This document shows, piece after piece, positions 8,779-17,196 of a stretch of 64,000 bases of DNA. Origin of the DNA: Bacteroidales bacterium UBA4788. GTDB taxonomy: Bacteria; Bacteroidota; Bacteroidia; Bacteroidales; VadinHA17. The notes beneath the pieces were generated by a model. The model was given only the letters and a program-made list of their open reading frames with translations. It did not search any database and was not told where the DNA came from. Position 1 is the first letter of the stretch; every line of letters begins with the position of its first letter. Location of the stretch: the NCBI GenBank assembly GCA_002402965.1, contig DHGW01000070.1, forward strand, positions 19,380 through 83,379. The letters run 5' to 3'. The position numbers and the translations under genes were made by a program.

Positions 8779-11700
8779 ATGACAAAATCAATTAATGCAT
8801 TCAGAAGATACCCCGGCCGTGGCAACAGCGGCCTGAGGGTTTTGCTGATCCTTGTCATGACGGCATTTTCACTGACTCTCTTATCACAGAACATCATGGT
8901 GAAGGGAAAAGTGACCGATGCCGAGACGGGAGAGGCTATGATCGGCCTGAACGTGGTCATCAGGGGTACAACCCGGGGCGTGGCCACAGACATGGAAGGT
9001 AACTATACGATGACCGACTGTCCCCCTGATGCCACACTGGTATTCTCCTTCGTGGGATATAATCCGGTTGAGGTACCCGTCAGCGGACGGACAACGATAA
9101 ATGTTACCATTTCCCCTTCAAGCGCTCTTGTTGAGGATGTGGTTGTTATCGGTTACGGAACCGTCAGCAGGAGGGATGTTATGGGCTCAATCACCTCCGT
9201 ACAGGGAGAAGAGCTTGCCCGCGTACCGGTATCATCGGCTGTTGAAGCCCTTACAGGAAAGATGGCGGGTGTTCACATCGTCACAACGGAAGGATCGCCT
9301 GATGCGGATATAAATATCCGTGTCCGAGGCGGTGGCTCGGTAACCCAGAGCAGTACACCGCTCCTTATCGTTGACGGATTCCCTGTGAACTCCATCAACG
9401 ACATCCCTCCCTCGATAATCCAGTCGATAGATGTGCTGAAAGACGCCTCCTCAACGGCTATATACGGAGCCCGTGGTGCCAACGGTGTTATAATCATCAC
9501 CACCAAAAGCGGTGATGCCGGCAAGCCAAGGGTTAATTACAATGCCTGGTATGGATTTAAAAAGGTATCAAAGCAACTTACGACACTTTCAGTTGAAGAT
9601 TACATGAGATGGCAGTATGAATATGCTCTCCTGGATGACAATGTAGAAAAGTATGAGAGGTATTTTGGTAATTACCATGATATTGACCTATATGCAGGAC
9701 AGCCTTCCATAAACTGGTTTGACCAGGTCTTCGGACACATCGGGAAGGTATTCAATCATGACCTGAACATTACCGGGGGGAGTGACAGCTTCAAGTACTC
9801 CGTCTCTTATGCCGGAATAAGAAGCGATGAGATCATGCTCTCCTCTGAGTATAGGCGTGACAACCTTGCCCTTAAGTTTGATCACAAGGCAGGCGACAGA
9901 GTGGAACTCTCATTTTCGGTGCGCTATTCTGACATGAAGATCTACGGAGCAGGAGCCACCGACCAGGGAGGAGCCACCCCTAACGATGCCAGGGTGAAGC
10001 AGACAATGCTCTTCGTTCCTATACCGTTTAATTCGGTCGGAGATTTTGATGACACCGACCTGGCAGCGAGCATGACCAATCCCCTCGATAACGTCAGGGA
10101 TAACGACCGTCAGCAGTTCAGAAAGAGATACAACCTGGGCGGCAGCTTCTCCTGGGAGATTGTTGACGGACTGGTATTCCGGACTGAGGCCGGCCTTGAC
10201 AATTATGTGAACAATGATGACCGCTTCTATGGACTGACCACATATTATGTAAAGAACACACCAACGGCTGATTACCAGAACAAGCCAGCACTCGAGGCAT
10301 ATGAGAGAAAAGGTAACGGCATCAGGAGCACCAACACCCTCAATTACGATTTTGCAAATCTCTTCGGTGATTCAGGCCACTCGCTCAAGCTGCTGGCAGG
10401 GCAGGAGGTGCTTGTCACCAAATCAAACACGATGTTCAACCAGGTCTGGGGATTCCCTGAATTCTTCACCGGCCCCGAAGCCTATAAGCTGGTAAGCCAG
10501 GGATTCTCTAACAGCTATACAAATACTCTCAACCCTGATGACAAGCTGCTCTCTTTCTTCGGCAGGGTGATGTATGACTACAAGGGAAGATACCAGGCCT
10601 CTGCCACCTTCAGGGCTGACGGTTCGAGTAAATTCTCCGCTGCCAACCGCTGGGGTTACTTCCCTTCGGCATCAATTGCCTGGAGGATTTCCGAGGAGGA
10701 ATTCATGAAAGGTATCTCCAACACCCTCAATAACCTCAGGCTCAGGTTCAGCTACGGTACCGCCGGGGATAACAATATCCCCTCCAACCAGATTGCTCAG
10801 ATATTCGAAGCCCGGTCTACCTCTTGGATCAACGGCTTCTCATCATTCTGGGCTCCCTCAACCAACATGGCCAACCCTGACCTGAAGTGGGAGACAACAG
10901 TAACCCGGAACCTTGGACTCGACTTCGGGTTCTTCAGGAACCGGATCAACGGAAGCGTGGAGGTTTACCGCAACAATACGAAAGACCTCCTGATAGCATT
11001 CCCGGTGTCTGGCACAGGTTATACAACCCAGTACCGGAATATGGGAGAAACGCAAAACAAGGGGATCGAGATTGAACTCAACGCTGTGGCTCTCAACGCC
11101 AAGAATTACGGACTCAGCTTCGGGTTCAACATCGGATTCAACAAAAACAAGATACTCTCACTTGGCGTGATGGACGACTTTGGTCAGAACACCAGCTGGG
11201 CATCCACAGAGATAGGTAACGACTACTGGATCGCTGTTGGCGGATCAGTCGGGGAGATGTACGGCTATGTCAGTGACGGCCGTTATGTGGTGTCTGACTT
11301 CTCCGGATATGATGAAGAGGAGGAGGAATGGATACTCAACGATGGTGTTGTTGATAACTCCAACGTCATCGGCACTGTGCGTCCGGGCAGCCTGAAGCTG
11401 AAAGACTTCACCGGCGATGATATGGTGACTGTGGCTGACGGCAAAGTGATTGGCAATGCGAACCCGAAACATACGGGCGGATTCACTGTCGAGGGTTATT
11501 TCTACGGCTTCGACCTTTCAGCTCTGTTCAACTGGAGCTACGGCAACGACATCTATAATGCCAACAAGGTTGAATACACCACGTCGCGTTACGCGTTCCG
11601 CAATATGATTGACATCATGGCTGAGGGGAACAGGTGGACCAACCTTGACCCCGCAACAGGTACGCTGGTCAATGACCCCGCAACACTGGAGGCCATGAAC

Positions 11701-12012
11701 GCGACAACTACCATGTGGTCACCCTTCATGAGCAGGCATGTGTTCAGCGACTGGGCGGTGGAAGACGGATCTTTCCTGAGGCTTAACACGCTGACAATGG
11801 GATATTCACTTCCTGACCTGGTAACATCAAGGTTGCATATAGAGCGACTGAGGTTTTACATCTCGGGATATAATGTCTTCGTGCTTACCAACTATTCGGG
11901 CTTTGATCCCGAGGTCTCTGCCAGGAGGAACACCGTTCTGACTCCGGGACTGGATTATTCGGCTTATCCAAAGAGCAGGCAGCTGTTGTTTGGTGTGAAT
12001 CTTACCTTTTAA
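8779..12012 (+). CDS. SusC/RagA-family TonB-dependent outer-membrane receptor
   Basis: CarboxypepD_reg-like N-terminus (IMVKGKVTDAETGEAMIGLNVVIRGT), TonB box/plug (VEDVVVIGYGT), C-terminal LLFGVNLTF. The longest ORF starts at a TTG at 8722. Confidence 0.95.
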   Translation: MTKSINAFRRYPGRGNSGLRVLLILVMTAFSLTLLSQNIMVKGKVTDAETGEAMIGLNVVIRGTTRGVATDMEGNYTMTDCPPDATLVFSFVGYNPVEVPVSGRTTINVTISPSSALVEDVVVIGYGTVSRRDVMGSITSVQGEELARVPVSSAVEALTGKMAGVHIVTTEGSPDADINIRVRGGGSVTQSSTPLLIVDGFPVNSINDIPPSIIQSIDVLKDASSTAIYGARGANGVIIITTKSGDAGKPRVNYNAWYGFKKVSKQLTTLSVEDYMRWQYEYALLDDNVEKYERYFGNYHDIDLYAGQPSINWFDQVFGHIGKVFNHDLNITGGSDSFKYSVSYAGIRSDEIMLSSEYRRDNLALKFDHKAGDRVELSFSVRYSDMKIYGAGATDQGGATPNDARVKQTMLFVPIPFNSVGDFDDTDLAASMTNPLDNVRDNDRQQFRKRYNLGGSFSWEIVDGLVFRTEAGLDNYVNNDDRFYGLTTYYVKNTPTADYQNKPALEAYERKGNGIRSTNTLNYDFANLFGDSGHSLKLLAGQEVLVTKSNTMFNQVWGFPEFFTGPEAYKLVSQGFSNSYTNTLNPDDKLLSFFGRVMYDYKGRYQASATFRADGSSKFSAANRWGYFPSASIAWRISEEEFMKGISNTLNNLRLRFSYGTAGDNNIPSNQIAQIFEARSTSWINGFSSFWAPSTNMANPDLKWETTVTRNLGLDFGFFRNRINGSVEVYRNNTKDLLIAFPVSGTGYTTQYRNMGETQNKGIEIELNAVALNAKNYGLSFGFNIGFNKNKILSLGVMDDFGQNTSWASTEIGNDYWIAVGGSVGEMYGYVSDGRYVVSDFSGYDEEEEEWILNDGVVDNSNVIGTVRPGSLKLKDFTGDDMVTVADGKVIGNANPKHTGGFTVEGYFYGFDLSALFNWSYGNDIYNANKVEYTTSRYAFRNMIDIMAEGNRWTNLDPATGTLVNDPATLEAMNATTTMWSPFMSRHVFSDWAVEDGSFLRLNTLTMGYSLPDLVTSRLHIERLRFYISGYNVFVLTNYSGFDPEVSARRNTVLTPGLDYSAYPKSRQLLFGVNLTF

Positions 12013-12027
12013 TCTGATTAAAAAAAG

Positions 12028-13824
12028 ATGAGTATGAAAAAGTTCCTATATATATTAATCAGTATTGTTTTTGCCGGCCTGCTCGTGTCGTGCGAAGACT
12101 TCCTGGAAGCTCCGTCTCAGTCAACGCTGGATGAGTCACTGATCTTCTCCAATCCCACCCTTGCGGCTTCGGCCATTGACGGGATCAAGGAGCCTATCGG
12201 TCAGACCAACTCATACAGGGGAAGGTTTCTGACCCATTACGGCGCCAACACTGACATAGAGTGGTACAACAGTTCCTCGTCTGCAGGTGCAAGATCAGAC
12301 CTGGCAAGATATGTCAATTCGTCCATCAACACTGACATGAACACTACGAACAATGCCTGGGCGCAGATGTACTCGGGCATCGAGCGTGCCAACATCTGCA
12401 TCAGGGGTTTAAGGACCTACGGTGATGCGAGACCCGGCACTGAGATGGGTCAGTTGCTCGGTGAAGCACTCACTCTCCGTGCTTTCTACTATGCTGACCT
12501 TGTCAGGGCATGGGGCGATGTGGTTCCTCGTTTTGAACCCATCTCCTCTGAGACGATGTACCTTGCAAAAACCAGTCGCGATGACATATACAAACAGCTG
12601 ATTGATGACCTGGGCGAAGCCTCAGAACTTGTGGCATGGCCTAACGGCAACGCCAGGACCACAACAACCGAGGGGATAAACAAAGCCTTTGTCAAGGCGC
12701 TCCGCGCCCGTATCTGCCTTGCTGCTGCCGGATACTCCCAGTATCCTGACGGCATCAGGAGAAGCAATGACACGGAGCTTTCCGTGGCAACCCTTTATCC
12801 GGTAGCCATGCAGGAGTGTCTTGACGTGATCACAAGCGGCAAGGCTTCGCTGGAGAGCAGCTTCGAGGGATTCTGGAGGAAGGTGTGTGAAGAGAACATC
12901 GCAGCAGGCGGTGAGTCCCTGTGGGAGATACCCTTCGCTGACGGCCGCGGCCGCATGGCATTTACCTTCGCTCCGAGACATGCAAGCGTAGACCAGTATA
13001 CAGGCCAGGCCAGGGGCGGTGATTACGGCCCCCTGCCGAATGTCTTCTATGACTATGATGTCAAAGACACCAGGAGGGACGTAACCTGCGTGCCTTACTC
13101 CTGGGGAACCGCCACGGCCGGCATCTCGAAGCAGACAATCAACACCGGCAACGGAGTCTCTCTATGGTACTTCGGTAAGCTTCGATATGAATGGATGACC
13201 AGGTATGTAACATCAACAAATGATGACGGACTGAATGAGATCTATATGCGCTACGCCGAAGTGCTGCTGATGGCTGCAGAGATACAGAATGAGCTGGGCA
13301 ATCCCGGACCGGCAAAGGATTACCTGAAGCAGATCAGGCAGAGAGCATTTGCCCAGTCTGACTGGCCCGTCAAAGTGGATGCCTACCTTAATAATATTAC
13401 CACCAGGGAGCAGATATTTGATGCCATCGTGAATGAGCATGCTCTTGAATTCTGCGGCGAGATGGAACGCAAGTCCGCCCTGATCCGCTGGAACCTCCTG
13501 GGGACCAAAATGGATGAGGCCATTGTTAAAATGACCCAGCTCAGCAACCGCACCGGCAGCTACACTGATGTTCCGGAAAAACTGTACTACCGCTATGCAT
13601 CTGATGGAGAGTCCCTTCAGTTCTATGGCCTGAACAGGGGAGAAAATGAAGACAGGTCGGCAGACTATACCTCCAACACGGTCTACGTCAGCCCTGACAA
13701 GCTGGGCTCTGCCAAGATCAACTCGCTCTTTACAAATGATCCGGATCAGAACCAGTTCTGGCCCATCTGGCAGGTATTCATCGACGCCAGCAACGGCACC
13801 CTGAAAAATGATTATGGCTATTAA
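12028..13824 (+). CDS. SusD/RagB-family glycan-binding lipoprotein
   Basis: Lipobox LLVSCEDFLEAPSQS, immediately downstream of SusC, 598 aa, typical SusD helical core (YFYADLVRAWGDV). Confidence 0.95.
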   Translation: MSMKKFLYILISIVFAGLLVSCEDFLEAPSQSTLDESLIFSNPTLAASAIDGIKEPIGQTNSYRGRFLTHYGANTDIEWYNSSSSAGARSDLARYVNSSINTDMNTTNNAWAQMYSGIERANICIRGLRTYGDARPGTEMGQLLGEALTLRAFYYADLVRAWGDVVPRFEPISSETMYLAKTSRDDIYKQLIDDLGEASELVAWPNGNARTTTTEGINKAFVKALRARICLAAAGYSQYPDGIRRSNDTELSVATLYPVAMQECLDVITSGKASLESSFEGFWRKVCEENIAAGGESLWEIPFADGRGRMAFTFAPRHASVDQYTGQARGGDYGPLPNVFYDYDVKDTRRDVTCVPYSWGTATAGISKQTINTGNGVSLWYFGKLRYEWMTRYVTSTNDDGLNEIYMRYAEVLLMAAEIQNELGNPGPAKDYLKQIRQRAFAQSDWPVKVDAYLNNITTREQIFDAIVNEHALEFCGEMERKSALIRWNLLGTKMDEAIVKMTQLSNRTGSYTDVPEKLYYRYASDGESLQFYGLNRGENEDRSADYTSNTVYVSPDKLGSAKINSLFTNDPDQNQFWPIWQVFIDASNGTLKNDYGY

Positions 13825-13843
13825 ACCACTTAAACTGTTATCT

Positions 13844-15457
13844 ATGAAGAAGATAATTATATATACAGGATTATTGACCGGGCTGATGGCGATGCTTCTT
13901 TTCACTTCATGCAAGGAAGAGATCGACCCGGTGGTGGAGGAGTTGGAATTCAGCAGGGCCTTTTCGCCCGTTGGCCTGGAAGCAGCTATTAGCAATACCA
14001 CAACGGTTACGCTCACCTGGTCATCCGTTAAAAACGCGGAAAAGTACCTGGTGGAGATCTATGACGGAGAGACAGGCCCTGTAACACTGATTCATTCCGC
14101 AGAGGTTTCTGCCTCAGACGAGAGTCAGGTTACATTCACCTATGTGTTGCCTGCCGGTGACACACAGTTCTGGGCGAGGATAAAGGCAATCAGCTCCATC
14201 CAGGGTGTGGAAGAGTCGAAATGGTCCCTGACGGCATTCAAAACCGATCCGGAGAACCTCTTCGGTGGCTTTGACACCTATATGTCAGCAATGAATGCCT
14301 GCATTGTTCAGTGGGAGCCAGAGGTAACGGCAACATCACTACTGCTTGTGAGCGGTACCAACCAGTTGCCTTTCACTCTCAGTGCCGAAGATCTTGCACT
14401 GGGCGAAAGGCAGGTCACCGGATTGCCGAATGGCATTTATGAGGTACGACTCATGAATGGAAACTTCGTGAGGGGCCGTACACACGTTATCATTGAAGGT
14501 GACGTGCTTGTGGAACCGGGCGGCGACCTCAAGGCAGCACTGGATGCCCTTCCGGCAGGAGGCGTGATATTACTCACAAACGGTGCTTCCTATGGCCTTC
14601 CGGAAGTTGATACTGTAAGAACGAGCACCAAGGTGAGAGGCATACTGCCCGATGATCCGCCAACGATCTTTCTGATGACCGGCGGTGGCAATCACATGTT
14701 TGATATCGGGACATCCATGACACTCTCTGACTCCCTGGTATTTGAAAATGTTGATATCAGCTGTTCGTATGACGATGCTGGTCTCGCCAAACACAGGGGA
14801 ATTATTGATCAGGAACTCGATGCATTTTCGATTGGTACAATAAGGTTCAGGAATTGTATTATCAGGAACTCCGGCCGGAGCGCCATCCGCCTTCGCGGTA
14901 ACGCCGCCGGCCAGGTTATCAATAACGTTGAGTTCCTGAACTGCATAATGTATGACTTTGCCTTTGACAGCCATTATGGCGTGCTGAACGGTGCTGCGAC
15001 CGGGAACTTCATCAATATCAAGTTTGTCAACAGCACGGTCTATAAATTAAGGGGCGGTATCATAAACTACGGAAGCGGTGCAGGATGCCAGAGCGTTGTG
15101 GTCGATAACTGTACATTCAATGAGACAACAATGGACACCGGCTCATCAAGGTATTTCATTGATTTCGGCACCAGCAACACCTCAACCGGCACCATAACCA
15201 TCAGTGACTGCATTTTCGGGCAGACGGTTGACAGGGCAAACGGTGTAAGGCCGGGTTCCATGACTCTCACGCTCTCAGGATCTTACTATACTACCGATTT
15301 CTATGACGGTACAACAGCACCCATAAAGCAACTGATGACGGCCTACAGCGGCGCTTCCACCAGCCTGTGGAATGATCCCGTTGGTGAAGATTTCACCTTT
15401 CTGGACAAAAATTTTGCAGGCATTGAAACTGCCGGTTCACCGCGCTGGAAAGAATAA
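13844..15457 (+). CDS. Surface lipoprotein with an FN3-like domain plus right-handed beta-helix (DUF4957/DUF5123-like, typical of pectin PULs)
   Basis: Lipobox LLFTSCKEE, FN3-like segment (TVTLTWSSVKNAEKYLVEIY), then repeated NC/N-x-hydrophobic beta-helix rungs (FRNCIIRNS, FLNCIMYD, VDNCTFNE, ISDCIFGQ). Sits in the position after SusD. Confidence 0.8.
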   Translation: MKKIIIYTGLLTGLMAMLLFTSCKEEIDPVVEELEFSRAFSPVGLEAAISNTTTVTLTWSSVKNAEKYLVEIYDGETGPVTLIHSAEVSASDESQVTFTYVLPAGDTQFWARIKAISSIQGVEESKWSLTAFKTDPENLFGGFDTYMSAMNACIVQWEPEVTATSLLLVSGTNQLPFTLSAEDLALGERQVTGLPNGIYEVRLMNGNFVRGRTHVIIEGDVLVEPGGDLKAALDALPAGGVILLTNGASYGLPEVDTVRTSTKVRGILPDDPPTIFLMTGGGNHMFDIGTSMTLSDSLVFENVDISCSYDDAGLAKHRGIIDQELDAFSIGTIRFRNCIIRNSGRSAIRLRGNAAGQVINNVEFLNCIMYDFAFDSHYGVLNGAATGNFINIKFVNSTVYKLRGGIINYGSGAGCQSVVVDNCTFNETTMDTGSSRYFIDFGTSNTSTGTITISDCIFGQTVDRANGVRPGSMTLTLSGSYYTTDFYDGTTAPIKQLMTAYSGASTSLWNDPVGEDFTFLDKNFAGIETAGSPRWKE

Positions 15458-15491
15458 GAGAATTCTACAGGATTTGGGTTAGTTCTGTAAA

Positions 15492-15527
15492 CCCCTGAGG
15501 ACCGGGAGCAACCTCCCGGTCCCGGGG
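15492..15527 (+). other. GC-rich stem-loop between PUL genes, no U-tract
   Basis: ggaccgggag-caac-ctcccggtcc is a 10-bp perfect stem, extended by cccc/gggg. It lies 35 nt after the upstream stop. Confidence 0.45.
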
Positions 15528-15570
15528 TAATATCAGAAGGAAATCATCGGATGTTTTTAAATTGCCATCG

Positions 15571-17196
15571 ATGAAGAAAAGGAGAGACTATATTCCTGCC
15601 CGTACGGCATTGTTCATCATCACCCTTGCTGCAATCATTATGAATGGTTGCACTGGCGGAGCAGACAGACAGAACGCGGTTTACACAAACCCGGTTCTGC
15701 ATGCCGATTACTCTGATCCGGATGTGGTAAGGGATGGGGATGATTACTACATGGTTGCCTCATCGTTCAACTGCGTGCCCGCGTTGCCTGTTCTGCACTC
15801 AAATGATCTCGTGTCGTGGGAGCTTACCGGATACGCCCTTGAGAGACTTCAGCCGGAGGAATACTATTCATCCGTCCGGCACGGAGGCGGCATATGGGCT
15901 CCATGCATCAGGATACATAACGGTGAATTCTATATTTTCTATCCTGATCCTGACCATGGCATCTTCATGATTAAGGCTTCAGACCCAGGGGGGCCGTGGA
16001 GTGATCCGGTGGCGGTCATTAAAGGCAAGGGATTGATTGACCCCGGCCCGCTGTGGGATGATGATGGCAGCGCTTACCTTGCCTACGCTTTTGCAGGGAG
16101 CAGGGCCGGCGTCAAGAGTGTGCTGATGGTCATCCGCATGAAGCCTGACGGCACAGGCGTATTCGGTGACCCGGTGATGGTTTTTGACGGGCATAAAGAC
16201 AATCCGACGATCGAGGGGCCGAAGTTCTATAAAAGGAACGGATGGTACTATATTTTTGCCCCTGCCGGCGGTGTCACTTATGGATGGCAGCTCGCGCTGA
16301 GGGCGAAGAATGTATTTGGTCCCTATGAGGCCAGGAAGGTCATGCATCAGGGAAATATTGCAATCAACGGCCCGCACCAGGGCGCCTGGGTGGCAACCCC
16401 CGCAGGGGATGACTGGTTCTTCCATTTCCAGGACAAAGGAGCATACGGGAGAATTGTTCACCTCCAGCCTCTGAAATGGGTCGACGACTGGCCTGTAATC
16501 GGCATTGATGAGGACGGAGACGGCATCGGGGAGCCGGTTCTGTCATACAACGGTCCTGGGTCAAAGGCGGACACAGCAGCCATCTCACGGCAGCACAATG
16601 ATGAGTTTAATGGCAGCATCATGCCTCTCGACTGGCAGTGGCACGCCAATCCGTCCCTCACCTGGGGATACCCCTCGGGGGCCTCCGGATTCTACAGGCT
16701 GAACTGCATCGCACGGCCCGACAGCATGCGTAACCTCTGGGATGTGCCGAATCTCTTTCTCCGCAAACTGCCGGCTGAAAAGTTCACTGCAACTGCATCC
16801 GTCAAATGCACCCTGCGGTCTGACGGTGAGGAGACCGGCATGGTAGTCATGGGCCGTGATTACCAGTATATCTCCCTCATCAAAACGGACGGCAGGCTCC
16901 GGCTGAGAGTGATGAGATGCACTGACGCCGACAGGGGCAACCCTGAGTCAGAACTATTTTCCCGGGAGATTGACAGTGGCGAACTCTTCTTCAGGGTGAC
17001 GGTCGAAGCCGGAGCCTTGTGCCGCTTCAGCTACAGCTTTGACGGAACGGAATATTTTAATGCCGGGGAACCGTTTATTGCCCGCCAGGGAATGTGGATA
17101 GGGGCAAAAGCCGGTTTTTTCGCCATGCGTGACGGTTATACCAATGATGCAGGTTCTATTGACCTCAACTGGTTCAGGATTTTAACAACAGAATGA
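15571..17196 (+). CDS. Glycoside hydrolase family 43 (beta-xylosidase/arabinofuranosidase-like) with a C-terminal beta-sandwich
   Basis: NPVLHADYSDPDVVRDGDDYYMVASSF catalytic-Asp motif, five-bladed-propeller-type sequence, lipobox IMNGCTGG. Confidence 0.9.
   Translation: MKKRRDYIPARTALFIITLAAIIMNGCTGGADRQNAVYTNPVLHADYSDPDVVRDGDDYYMVASSFNCVPALPVLHSNDLVSWELTGYALERLQPEEYYSSVRHGGGIWAPCIRIHNGEFYIFYPDPDHGIFMIKASDPGGPWSDPVAVIKGKGLIDPGPLWDDDGSAYLAYAFAGSRAGVKSVLMVIRMKPDGTGVFGDPVMVFDGHKDNPTIEGPKFYKRNGWYYIFAPAGGVTYGWQLALRAKNVFGPYEARKVMHQGNIAINGPHQGAWVATPAGDDWFFHFQDKGAYGRIVHLQPLKWVDDWPVIGIDEDGDGIGEPVLSYNGPGSKADTAAISRQHNDEFNGSIMPLDWQWHANPSLTWGYPSGASGFYRLNCIARPDSMRNLWDVPNLFLRKLPAEKFTATASVKCTLRSDGEETGMVVMGRDYQYISLIKTDGRLRLRVMRCTDADRGNPESELFSREIDSGELFFRVTVEAGALCRFSYSFDGTEYFNAGEPFIARQGMWIGAKAGFFAMRDGYTNDAGSIDLNWFRILTTE

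Noticed and set aside
13213-14016. 267-aa minus-strand ORF spanning the SusD/DUF5123-like junction
   Set aside because: It is antisense to two strongly supported PUL genes. Its composition is low-complexity and it has no recognisable motif.
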